A stretch of 36,527 nucleotides of DNA from IMG/VR virus record IMGVR_UViG_3300025513_001263, positions 1 to 36,527 of that record; one strand, given 5' to 3'. Below the pieces are notes generated by a model. That model ran no database searches, was not told the origin of the DNA, and worked only from the letters and a program-made list of their open reading frames with translations. Source of the DNA: a virus. Its lineage: Duplodnaviria; Caudoviricetes. Positions 1-10,900 of the stretch are shown here, one piece after another; positions within the stretch are counted from its first letter, which is position 1, and every line of letters starts with the position of its first letter. Position numbers and translations under genes: made by a program.

Positions 1-879
1 TTAACCCGTCCATGTGAACGTCCCGCTGCTCGTGAACGTGTGGTAGGTATAGGTTCCGTCGTTCGTGATCGTGCCGCCGGTCGCCTTGGTGGTCGTCCCG
101 AGATACGCAACGATGACCACGCCCGATCCGCCGTTGCCGCCCTGACTAGAACCACCCCAGTTCCCGCTGCCGCCGCCACCGCCGCCCGTGTTGGCGGTGG
201 CGTTCGTCCCCGCAGATGTGCCAACGCCGCCCGCACCACCACCACCCGTTCCGCCGGCGCCACCGGTCATCCCGGCGTCGACCCCGCCGCCGCCACCACC
301 ACCGTAGGTCAGGCTGTTGATAGTCCACACATATCCACTGCCACCCGCGCCACCTGTAGTAGCGGAAACACTATTACCTCCGACAGTGCCCGCACCCCCA
401 CCTCCACCAGCACCGCGTTGTCCTGCCGATCCTCCATTGCCAGTTCCACCATTTTTGGTGTTAGCAAAAGTAACCGTGTCACTGGAATTCAGATACTGAA
501 GGGCGGCCCCGCCCGTGCCCCCGGTCGTGCTCGCGTTCCCGGCGCCGCCGCCGCCGCTACCGTAAGCTGTCGTCCCGTTGTTGGGCTGGTTTATCCCGCG
601 AGCACCACCATAGGCGATGTAGCCGCCGAAGCGGGAGATCCGGCCGATAGTCGCGTTGTCGGCATCGCCAACGCAACCAGCCCCACCAGCACCAACTTCC
701 ACTGGGACGCCAACATTCTTTACGGTAGCAATGCCGGTTATCGGCAGAACTTGACCGGCACCGCCCCCACCACCGATGTTGCCGCCACCGCCGCCGCCGC
801 CCGCGACGGCGAGAACCTCAACACCGACGGTAGACGACCGCGATCCACTACTGACTATCCTGCGAATAACTGGCATCAC
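1..879 (-). CDS. Glycine-rich phage tail/fibre-associated protein
   Basis: VAGGGGGG...GGGGAG...ANTGGGGGG...GGSGVVIVAY...YTYHTFTSSGTF pattern typical of phage glycine-rich domain proteins; last gene of the tail module, coupled to the upstream stop. Confidence 0.8.
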   Translation of the reverse strand: MMPVIRRIVSSGSRSSTVGVEVLAVAGGGGGGGNIGGGGGAGQVLPITGIATVKNVGVPVEVGAGGAGCVGDADNATIGRISRFGGYIAYGGARGINQPNNGTTAYGSGGGGAGNASTTGGTGGAALQYLNSSDTVTFANTKNGGTGNGGSAGQRGAGGGGGAGTVGGNSVSATTGGAGGSGYVWTINSLTYGGGGGGGVDAGMTGGAGGTGGGGAGGVGTSAGTNATANTGGGGGGSGNWGGSSQGGNGGSGVVIVAYLGTTTKATGGTITNDGTYTYHTFTSSGTFTWTG

Positions 880-2486
880 GTCACCTTTGAAATGTTGTCG
901 ATGAGGATTGAGCCGTCGTTCTCATAGGCGATGCCGACCCTGGCCTCCGCTCCGGCGGCCTGTGCGGAGAAGTCGATTTCATCGGCAGCGACACGCCACG
1001 ACACCATCCCGGCGCGAGTGGCGCCGACACGAGCGTACCCAAGCGGGGTCGCGCCTTCGGTCAATTGCATGTTCGTGACGTAAATGCCGGACAACTCGTC
1101 GCCAATGTACGGTGCCGAGTCCCCGATCAGGGTCAGCAGCGTCAGCGTGGTCGCAGTGTTTGTGGTGCACTTGACGTGCACGCGGTAGAAGCCGTTGCCC
1201 TCCGCTTCCACCTCTATAGTCGCCCCCGAAAAGCCTCCCTCAGACCCGGATGAGAGTACAGAGCCATCAGATAGGTCGATGTGAGCGTACCCCCGGTCTG
1301 CGCCGGTGACGCCGTAGACCCATACTGATGCCGTAGTACGTTCGGCCGCCTTGAGGCTTGCCGAGCCGACGACCGCGATGGCGCTCGCCGCCTTGGTGTA
1401 GGCCTGCACCACCTGCGGCGTGACGGAGCCCGCCCCTTCCACCAATTTATCGGCAGTGGCCTGACCGTCCGGCCCAGCCGTTGCATTGGCTGAAATAGTC
1501 GCCCCAACTTTGGTCCAAGCCGGATCGTCGAGGGCGTCTGTCCGAACGAGTTGGTTCGCCGGCAGGAACGTGGCATTTCGCCCTCCGATGCCGTCCTGCG
1601 TCGTGCGCACCTCCATCGACCATTCCGCGCCCGGAGTCGGCGCGCCCGCTACCAGGAGCACGACATCACCGGTCAGGAGCGGACGACGCACCGCCTTGTC
1701 CGTAGCCGCGAGCGTCACGTTGCCGGTCGCGTTCTCTGCGATCCCGGCGAGATATTCGCCGGCTTGGTTCACCGTGGAGAAGTCGGCGGTGATCGTGGTG
1801 GCCGTCAGCGCCGCAATGGTCGCCGACGTGGCACTGAACGTGCCAACACCTGTGAAGTTGTAGCCACCGGCCACCACATGGCCGGTCAACATGCCCATGG
1901 TCAGCTCAAAGGTGCCGGTATCGCCCTTGTTGCCGGTCATCGCAAACCCAACGACCAGCGACGCTCCGTCGGTGGCCAGCGGCGAGGTGGCGGTGCCCGC
2001 CACATAGGTGACCGCGATCTTGCGGTAGCCGACCGCGTCGGTCTTTCCGGTGACGTTGTAGAGCGCCCAGGCGTCCGCGTCGCCCTGAAGGCCAACCATT
2101 AACTGGCCTTTGATCGTCGAGTCGGAGGCCCCGAACAGCGCCAACGCGGCGGTAACGTCGGCACCGCCAGACGTCGTCGACAGATAGAACTCGGTCACCG
2201 CCGATGGCGTCGCGTTGTTGGCGCGCAGACCCTCGGCACCAGGATCAGCATCGGCGATGGTGTCGTCGAAGGCATAACGCAGGCGCACGCCGACACCATT
2301 CAACACCACCTCGCCGGCGATTTCGGCGGCGTTCTGACCGACCACGCCGATCGCCTCGGCGACCGCCGGGAGGTTCTGCTCGTGACCGTTGGCCCCGAAT
2401 CCGCCGGGGTTGGCGTCCGTCTTAGACAGCGCGTTGTAATAGCCGGTGGTCAGCCGCGAGAGCGCGGTCGCCAGTTCCATGGTCAT
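876..2486 (-). CDS. Tail fibre / receptor-binding protein with inserted carbohydrate-binding-like (head-spike-fibre-like) domain
   Basis: Position after tail-tip genes; DADPG..LR.NNAT fibre segment, GNKGDTG linker, and a NQL...AW...NATAGPDGQATADKLVE...GIYVTNMQLTEG domain. Confidence 0.75.
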   Translation of the reverse strand: MTMELATALSRLTTGYYNALSKTDANPGGFGANGHEQNLPAVAEAIGVVGQNAAEIAGEVVLNGVGVRLRYAFDDTIADADPGAEGLRANNATPSAVTEFYLSTTSGGADVTAALALFGASDSTIKGQLMVGLQGDADAWALYNVTGKTDAVGYRKIAVTYVAGTATSPLATDGASLVVGFAMTGNKGDTGTFELTMGMLTGHVVAGGYNFTGVGTFSATSATIAALTATTITADFSTVNQAGEYLAGIAENATGNVTLAATDKAVRRPLLTGDVVLLVAGAPTPGAEWSMEVRTTQDGIGGRNATFLPANQLVRTDALDDPAWTKVGATISANATAGPDGQATADKLVEGAGSVTPQVVQAYTKAASAIAVVGSASLKAAERTTASVWVYGVTGADRGYAHIDLSDGSVLSSGSEGGFSGATIEVEAEGNGFYRVHVKCTTNTATTLTLLTLIGDSAPYIGDELSGIYVTNMQLTEGATPLGYARVGATRAGMVSWRVAADEIDFSAQAAGAEARVGIAYENDGSILIDNISKVT

Positions 2487-3334
2487 CCCTGCATCTCCTC
2501 GAAATTGAGCGTCACCGACCAGTCGCCGGTTTCATCGACCTGGCGCGGCTCGCCGGTGGCGGTCAGCAGCGCCGGAAACACCTCGCGGAAGCCGTGGATC
2601 ACGTCGTCGTCGTCCGGCAGGAACACGGCCGGGTGGATGTCATCGGCCATCACGTGATCGAACAGGCGCATGGCCTCGTCCTTGGTCAGGCTCGGAAAGG
2701 TGACGGTGTGGTTGCGGGCGTTGGTGCGCAGCGTCTTCACCGCGCGGCCGCCGGCGGTGTACTCCACCAGCGTTCGGCGCTTGATCCCGACCGTCCGACC
2801 CCAGTCGTAGTTCCAGCCCGGCGCCAGCGGGTTGGTGACGATCAGGTAGCCGACGTCGAAGTCCTCGTCGCCGGCCTGGGCGGTCACGTCGAATTCGATG
2901 ATCAGCTGGTCGACGGCGATCGGAGCCGGCAGGGCGATGTGCCGGTGCCGGGCATAGCCGGCGATGTCCCGCAGCCGCGGTTTGCCGGTGTACCAGTTGC
3001 CCTGCTCGAACGGCAGGTCGGCGGTGTTGTAGATTCGGCCGTAGAAATCGGTCCAGCCGCCGGCGAGTAGTGGTGTGGCGCCCTCGTAAGCCGTCAGCTT
3101 GAACTTGGCGTCCAGGTCGCCAGTGTGGCCACCAACCAGAATGTCGGTCATGTAGACCGCGCTATCCCAGGTCAGCGTCAGAGTGCTGGAGGCAAGGTCG
3201 CTGGCGTCCGCACACCGCGCCGGCAGGCTGGTGATCCGCGGATCGAGCGCGTTGTCGAGCGTGCCGCTCCAGGCGCCGCCCGACAGCGTCGCGTCCAGCG
3301 CCAGGTTCTCCAGCAGGATCTTGCCAAGCGCCAT
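2483..3334 (-). CDS. Siphovirus tail-tip structural protein
   Basis: Start moved to ATG 3334 (MALGKILLENLA), just after the upstream stop; beta-rich, with the NYDWG..G motif and lies between tape measure and fibre as in D3112-like phages. Confidence 0.7.
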   Translation of the reverse strand: MALGKILLENLALDATLSGGAWSGTLDNALDPRITSLPARCADASDLASSTLTLTWDSAVYMTDILVGGHTGDLDAKFKLTAYEGATPLLAGGWTDFYGRIYNTADLPFEQGNWYTGKPRLRDIAGYARHRHIALPAPIAVDQLIIEFDVTAQAGDEDFDVGYLIVTNPLAPGWNYDWGRTVGIKRRTLVEYTAGGRAVKTLRTNARNHTVTFPSLTKDEAMRLFDHVMADDIHPAVFLPDDDDVIHGFREVFPALLTATGEPRQVDETGDWSVTLNFEEMQG

Positions 3335-3335
3335 G

Positions 3336-4952
3336 TCAGCCCCACACCCGCAAGGTGATCTGATTGCCCTTCGGCCGACCGGGTGCCGCACCCATGGCCA
3401 GCATCACGCGGTCGATACCCTCGTCCGGATAGATCAGGCGGACCTTCAGCACCCCCAGGCCCGGCGTCGCCAGCAGGTCGAGCCACTCGGCATCCATCTC
3501 GACGGCGATCACCCACTCCTCGAACGGCGTGCCGTCGGCGCGGACGGATGTCACGTCGAACAGCAGCTGAGCCACCGGCTCCAAGTCGGCCGGGTCGCGC
3601 AAGGCGGTGTCGATCTCGACCTCGCGCACGTTCGGCCACCAGCGATCGCGCAGGGCGGTGTCCTTGATCACGGCCTGTCGAAACTCATCGCGCAGCCGGG
3701 CCTCGTCGGCGGTATCCCAAAGTGCGCCGGCGAGGTTGCTGCGGGTGTGCGTCTGGTAAAGCCGGGCACCCTTCACGGTCACCCGCCACACCGGAACGCT
3801 GACCGACGGATCGCCCGGCTCGATCGACAGCACGTCGGACGCCTCGATCGTGCGGTCGGCAACACCGGTCGGCAGCTGCAGCTTGCCGATCTGCCAGGTA
3901 CCGAGCGGCCCCGGCAGCACCCATCCCGGCATCGAGCGCGCCAGGCTGTCGATGACAAGGCGGGTCGGTGTGCGGTCGGCGATGTAGAGGCCGACCGTCT
4001 CGGGTGCGGCGATCGTGGCGAAGGTGGCGCCGATCGACGCGACCGGGTCCTCGCGCCGGATCAGGGCTTCGATCAAGCCCGGTGCGGTGTCGAGGTAGCC
4101 GACACCCGGCACCAGATCGACGGCACCCTGCACGCCCACGGTCACCACGCCGCCGAAGCCCTGGTCAACCTTCCACAGCCCTCGGCCGAGGTCGGTCACG
4201 TAGTGCCCGGTCGCCGGGGTGGCGGCGTCAAAGGCCGCGCCGGATAGATCACCGTCGGTTGTCAGGCTGGCGTCCTGGCCGCGGTCGAAGATCCCGGTCA
4301 GCGCCTGATATTCGCCGTCGTGGACCTGCCCGACCTGGGCTGCAGGATTAACCCACGGGAACGGGATGTTCGCGGTCTGCAGGTCGCCCAGCGCCAGCGG
4401 CTTCGGGCGGTCCTTCAGATCGTCGGGACCGCCTTCGTAATCGGACGGGCCGGCGTTGGTGCCGGCGAACTCGACCGGCTGCACGTCGTTCTCCAGGTCG
4501 AGGCGGCGATCGTAGATCGGCACCGACAACCGGCTCGGCTGGTTGGCCGACACGCGCCAGGCCGGGGTTTCGGCGCGGCCGTCGAGCATGGCGCGGAAGT
4601 CGGTAGCGAAGCTGCGCGCCTCGCCCAGCGGCTTGATCTCGCCCCACCACACCCGAACCGCCTTGAACACCCAGCCGCGATACTGGTTGAAGTAGCCATC
4701 GGCGTTCGACAGGACCAGCTGCGACAAGCCGAGGCTGCCGGTCAGGCGGGCCGGGTCGGCGTACAGGTCGATGGCCATCGAGGGCGCTTCCAGCACGCGC
4801 GGATCGTAGGCCTGGTTGGGCTTGTCGGCGTCGGTCGATGGCCAGGGACGCATCGGCAGATCGCTGAGGTACAGGGTCACCGGTGCGTCTTCCGGATCCA
4901 CCAGGTCCAGCTCGACCAGATAGCCCATGAGGCGGCCGCGGCTCATGCTCAC
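3336..4952 (-). CDS. Tail-tip / baseplate hub-like protein
   Basis: 538-aa ORF directly after the tape measure; YEG..DDLKDRPKPLALG...N motif typical of Mu-like siphophage tail-tip proteins; alternative starts at 4946 or 4928. Confidence 0.7.
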   Translation of the reverse strand: MSMSRGRLMGYLVELDLVDPEDAPVTLYLSDLPMRPWPSTDADKPNQAYDPRVLEAPSMAIDLYADPARLTGSLGLSQLVLSNADGYFNQYRGWVFKAVRVWWGEIKPLGEARSFATDFRAMLDGRAETPAWRVSANQPSRLSVPIYDRRLDLENDVQPVEFAGTNAGPSDYEGGPDDLKDRPKPLALGDLQTANIPFPWVNPAAQVGQVHDGEYQALTGIFDRGQDASLTTDGDLSGAAFDAATPATGHYVTDLGRGLWKVDQGFGGVVTVGVQGAVDLVPGVGYLDTAPGLIEALIRREDPVASIGATFATIAAPETVGLYIADRTPTRLVIDSLARSMPGWVLPGPLGTWQIGKLQLPTGVADRTIEASDVLSIEPGDPSVSVPVWRVTVKGARLYQTHTRSNLAGALWDTADEARLRDEFRQAVIKDTALRDRWWPNVREVEIDTALRDPADLEPVAQLLFDVTSVRADGTPFEEWVIAVEMDAEWLDLLATPGLGVLKVRLIYPDEGIDRVMLAMGAAPGRPKGNQITLRVWG

Positions 4953-7900
4953 GCCCTCCGCTTCAGGAACTGGGTGAGTTCGCGGATCTCGCGCGCCTGG
5001 TTGTCGACCACCGCGCGCAGGGTAGCGACCTCGCCGGCCAGCTCGGCGGTGGCGTCCATCTGCCCGTTGCCGGCGTCGACCACGGCCGCCGTGGTTGCGC
5101 GTTGCGCCCGGACCACCGGCTCGAAGTCGACGACGTTCGGTGCGTTGCGCTGACCTTCCAGCAGCGCCAGGCTTTCCTTGGCGTTGAACACATGGGCCGG
5201 CGGGCCGGTGTAGAGCAGCTCGTCGTTGTGGATCCGCGCAAGCCCGCCCGGATGCCAGCCGCCCTGCTCGTAACCCATCGAGCGCAGGGCGGCATCCACC
5301 GCTGCGTTGCGCTGGCGAAGGGCGTTCAGTTGGCCGCCACCGAACGCCTCCGGCGTCGGCAGCCCGAGCTGCACCAGCCGATCGTAGATATCCATGTTGG
5401 TGTCGGTCGCGGCGCCGAAGTTGAAGCCGTTAGCAGCGGCGGTGTCGCTCGGGCTCTGGCCCGACTGCAGCAGGGCGGCCAAGCCCGAACCGGCCACCGC
5501 CTGCAGGTCTCGGATCGCCTGCTCGACGGAGATCACGTTGTCGTTCAACTCGACGTACTGGCCGACCTGCGCCCTCAGTTCGGACAGCTGCGACTCCGCG
5601 ACCCTGGCCTGCCGATCGGCGACCGCCTTGACCTGTTCCAAGCGCTCGACCGTCAGGTCGAAGTCGTCGTTATAGGCGGCGCGATCGCCGTTGACCGCCT
5701 GGCTCGCTTCCAGGAAGGCCTGGGCGGCACCGTTCAGATCGGTGATCGCCTGCTCGTCGCCGAGTTGCGCGCGGCGGAACACCTCATCGAACTGCTCTTT
5801 GGCCGCCGCCAGGCGCGTCACCGGCCCGCCCGGCGCCAGCTCGCCGCGCTTCAGCTGGTCGAGGAACCCACCGATCGACAGGCTGAAGGCCCTCATCCGG
5901 GAGGCCAGATCTCCCAGCACCTGGGCCTCGCGCTGGTAGGCTTCCAGAAGACCGTTGCGCTTCTCAGCGACCGCGGCCTCTTGTTGGACGGCGAACATTT
6001 CGTCGAGCATTGAGGTGATCACCGCGCGCGCGGCTTCGTCGGTGGTCTGCTCGAAGGCCGCGGCCAATCCCAAGGCGTCCAGTCCGGAGAGCTGGCGCCT
6101 CAGCTGGTCGCCGAACGTGTCGAGGATCCGATCGCCGGCGTCGACGCCGAGGTTCTGCGCGTCAGCCAACAGCTTGTCGCGAGCGTCGGTCAGTCCGCCG
6201 ATGCCGTTGATGGCACCGCGACCGTTCGCATCGTTTTCCAGCGCCTGAATGATGTCGAGCAGATCCTCGGCCGCCTGCGCGCGCAGCACCTGCACCGCCT
6301 CGGCAATCGTCGCGGTGACGTCGTAGATCTCCGCACCCAAACCGGGGAACGCCTCGTTGGCGGCCTCGATCTGATCGTTCACGTCTTCCAGATGCGGCGC
6401 CAGCGCTTCCAGCACGGCGGTGGCTTCGGCCACATTCTCGGTGAACGGGCCGGTGATCGCCGGCTCGAAGCTGCCGGTGATCGTCGCGATCAGCTCATCG
6501 ACACTCGCGCGGGAGATCGCGACCACGTCGCGGACCCGCAGCATATTGGCGTTGTGGCGTTCCTGTTCCTCGGCTGTCAGGCCCAGCGCCACCGCCTGGT
6601 CGGCGATCCGCTCGTTATAGTCCGCCACCGCGCTGCCGGCGCCGGCGAGCAGCTGGGCCATGCTGTCGAACTCGGCGATCCGATCGCCCGCTTCATCGCT
6701 CAGGGCGAACGCCGTGCCGGAACGGTTGTCGGAGGCAACCCGCGATACCTCGTAACGCTGGTCGCCGGCGGCGATGTAGGATGGATCGTCGCGTTCTCCA
6801 CCGGACACGAAGCGGAAATCGGGTGTGCCGCCTCGGACAGCCCCTCGATCCGATTCCAGAACCGTGCCCCGCATCGCCTCGGCGATCGCCGCGGCCAAGG
6901 ACGCCCCATCATCGGCTGAGCCCGTGAGCGCCGGGAACAGCTCCAGCGCGCGCTCGATGCTGTCGGCGATCGGTGCCGCGCGGTTCTTGGCGGTCTCCTC
7001 CGCGCGCCGTTTGCGGTCGACGATGTTCTGAGCGATCGCCAGCGAGTTGGCGTTGATGGCGTCGCCGTTCGCGCGCAGCGCCTCGGTCAGGTCATCCAGG
7101 TTGCGGCCGTAGTCCAGATCGGACAGCAGGCCTTCCAGGTCGGTGGCCTTGGTGTTTCTGACCAGTTCGTCGAGGGTGGCGGACTGGTAGTCGACCATCT
7201 CGCTCAGGGCGATGAACGTGGCCTGCTGGACCGCCTCGTCCGGGCTCAATCCCTTGAACCGATCGGTATCGGCCAGCACCGAATCGATGATCGGCTTCAG
7301 GTTGATACCGGCACCCTGACTGCTCTCCGCGTCCGGACCGCTGAAGTACGCGATATCGAGGCCCGAGCCGGGACGCAGCGCGCCGGCATAGCGTTCGGTA
7401 CCGGCCTCGATGCCCTCCACGATCGCGTCGATGATCTTGGTGACGGCATCCTCGGAGTCGCCGCCATTGTCGAAGGTGTAGACCGCGCTCGACGGGTCGG
7501 TCAGGTCGGTGACCCGGCCGATCGTGGTCGGCCCGACGCTCGGCCCGGAGCCGCCGAACATTCCGCCGAGAAGACCACCGCCGGCGCCACCGATCAGTCC
7601 GCCAATAATTGTGCCGATGCCTGGGACGATCGACCCGATTATCGCACCCGCAAGCGCTCCGCCCGCGCTGCCGATCGTCCCGCCGGTTTCATTGCCTCCG
7701 ACGAGCCCGTTCAGCAAGGATCCGGCACCGAACCCGAGGCCGGCGCCGCCGAGCACCCCGCCCAAAGACGACGCACCATACGTGCCAAACAGCCCCGCCG
7801 ATGGTGCATTCGACAGCCCGCCAGCCACCGCCGAAACGCCCGCCGAGCTGGCCGACCCTCCCGCCGTGCCGAAGAGATAGCTGTTGATGCCGCCTGTAAT

Positions 7901-10900
7901 GGACGAGAAGTCGAGACCGTTACCGGGTATCAGATTCGTCAAGCTGGAAAAATTGAACCCGCCGCCCGATTGACCGCCGGCGGCGCCTCCCAGGTTCCCG
8001 GTGACCGACTGGATCGCCGCATCAGTCAGCCCGAGCGACTGGCCGATCGAGCTGACGAGCGGCACGATGATCGGCCGCGCGATCGCCAGGGTCGCCAGCT
8101 CGCCGAGCATGCGCGCGAACGCATCCTTCCAGCTCCCCAGCATGTCCTTGAAGCCGAACTGTCCCGATCGGAACATCGCCGTGAAAGCATCGCTAAACCC
8201 GCGTTGAATGCCTTCGGCCGCCGTCTTGAATGCCTGTGCCAGCGGATTGGCCTGGGCTCGGAGCCGCTCCAGTTGGCGGATCTGGCCTTCGTCCATGATG
8301 GCCAGCTTGAGGCGGTCATAGGCGGCGTTGATCGCGGCATACTGTTCGGGCTGGGCGGCCAGCAGGGCGGTGGTCCGCTCGATCTCCAGCTGCTCCAGCT
8401 TGCGGGCCGTCGTCAGCTCGATGATCTTCTCTCGGGCTTCCTCGGTGTTCAGCAACTCCAGCCGGCGCACCTCGTTGGCCAGCTCCAGATCTTCGGCGCT
8501 GGTCCGCACCGACCGCGCCGCCTCGTCGAGCGATCGCTTCCACAGATCCTGCTCGCGCCTCAGCGCCGCGGTCAGCTTGGCGTGCTCGCCGAGGTCGCTT
8601 CGGCCGGCAGCCAGTGCCGCATTCAGCAGCCGCTGCTGTTTGGTGAACTCGTCCTGCTTGGCGGTGGTCGGGTCGAGCTGATCACGCAGCCCCTTGAACG
8701 CCTGAGCCTGGGAGGTCGACCACTGCAGTTCGGCGTCGCGGTTGGCGATGATCGCGGCGCGCAGCGTGGCATAGGCCGCGTTGATGGCGCCGATCTGGTC
8801 GGGCTGGGCCGCCATCGTCGCCTGGACGCGCTGCAGCTCCACTCGCTCCAGCTCGCGGGCCGCGGTCAGCTCGACGATCGTGCGCCGCGATTCCTCGGTG
8901 TCGTTGGCTTCCAGGCGGCGGATCTGTGATTGCACCTGCAGGTCGCGCGCCTGCTCATTGGCGGTCCTAGCGGCAGCACCCAGGCTGTAGGTGTAGGCGT
9001 CGGTGTTGTGCTCCAGGATCCCGAGCAACCGAGCCAGATCGTGACCTTCCGCAGCCAGCGCTTTCGAGGATGCTTCAAGCTGCGCCTGGGCGTTCGCCGC
9101 CTCTCGGGTCAATTTGGCGAGAGGATCGAGTTGCTCGACCAGGTCGCGAAGCTCGGTGCTCAGCGCTCCGAGCGCACTATTGCTCGAAGGCGGCGGACCA
9201 AACACGCTCCCGTTGCCAAACAATGCGGTGTTGACGGCGAGCAGATCCTCAAGCGCTGCATCGACGTCCAGGTCTTTAATCGCCGTTTCCAGCTCCTCGA
9301 TCTGGAGCCGCAACGCTTTCATCTGATTTCGCTGGGTGGTCGGCAGTTGGTCCTCCGGACCAACGAACGCACCGGAGTTGACTGCTTCAGCCTGTTTCAG
9401 GGCGGCGCGGGCATCTTGCAGGCGGGCGAGAGCGCTCTTGCGGGCGACCTCCGCCGCATCGGCCCCGGCGGTGCTGTTTCGGCCGAGCGCCCGGTTGACC
9501 AGGTCAATCGCTTCGGCATGGCTTCGCGCCGCCCGATCGGCCTCGGTCTCCCGCGTCGCCAGGTAGTACAGGCCGCCGGCGGCCAGCAACGCGACGCCGG
9601 CCGGGCCGCCCAGGAGGTTCATTGCTCCCGACAGGGCCAGGGTTGCCGCCGTCGCCGCACGGGCACTCATCGAGGCGGCTTGCATCGCCGCGGCGTGGGT
9701 GACGGACGCGCCGGCGGCGGCCTTGGACGTGGCCGCGACCGCCGTCTGAGCGGCGGCAAGCCGGGCCTCGGCGTCGGCGACGATGCGCGCCGCTGTAGCT
9801 TCCTCCAACCGGAGGGCCGCCAGTTGCCGGCCGGTCGCCTGTTGCACCTTGCCTGCGGCCTGGGCTTGAACCGCCGCTTCCAGCGCTGCGACCGCCTGGG
9901 CGTGTTTGGCTTTGACGTTTGCCAGTGCAGCCGCCGTGGCGATTTCGTCAGCTCGGGCAGCGGCCAATGCCGCCGCGGCCGTCTCGACTTGCGCCGCCGC
10001 CTTCAGCTCAGTTGCACGCGCGCTGGACAGGTCAACCGCGGTGCCGGCCGCCACCGCAGAATTGAGCGACAGCCACCCGACCGTGCTGGCTGCAACCGCC
10101 GGCACCAGGGCGTTCAGCGATCCGAGGATTCCGGCGATCGCCGGCTGCAACCGAAGAAACACGCCGACCGCGCCGGCGCCCGCCAGCAGATCCAGGTTGC
10201 GGGTCAGCAGGCCAACCGCGCCGGCGACGGCTTCGAACGCCGCCTGGGCGTCACCGGAGTCGACGGCCTCCTGCACGAAGGCCCGCAACTGCGTCGTGGC
10301 GTCCACGATCACCGGCGCCAAGGCGGAACCCAGGGCCGCGGCGATCTCGTCGATCGCGTTGCCGGTCAGCGACAACTGCGCCGACAACGTCTTCGCCGAG
10401 CGTAGGTACTCCTCGTTGAGGGCCGTGGCGTTGCCCGCTTCCTTGGCGATGATCGCCAGGGAGTCGCCCAGCTTCTCGCTGTTTAGCGCCAGGGTCGGCA
10501 GAACCTTCAGGATCTCCTCGCCCTCGAGGCCGAACTTCTCCAGCACACCCGCGACGCTGGCGCCCGAGGCCGCGGCCTGGCCGACGCCGTCGACGAACGC
10601 CTTGAACACGGCGACCGCGTCGTCCTTGAACGTCTTCTTCAGCTGCGCGCCCGTCAGCCCGGTGATCTTCTCCAACTCGCGCAGCCGCTCGCCGCCGCCG
10701 TCGACCGCCGCTTCGATCGCGCGGAACGCCTTGCCAACCGAAGAGCCGCCCAGCTCGGCCTGCACGCCCAGCGATCGCAACGCGGCCGCCATGGCAGCGG
10801 CCTCGGCCGCCGACACACCGAAGATGGCGGTCGCTTGGGCCACCTGCGTCGCGACCTTGGCGATCTCAGACTCGCTGGCGGCCGACGCATTGCCCAGCGC

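Noticed and set aside
1-2486. DGR or invertible tail-fibre cassette
   Set aside because: No reverse transcriptase, template/variable repeat pair, invertase or inverted crossover sites seen in the window
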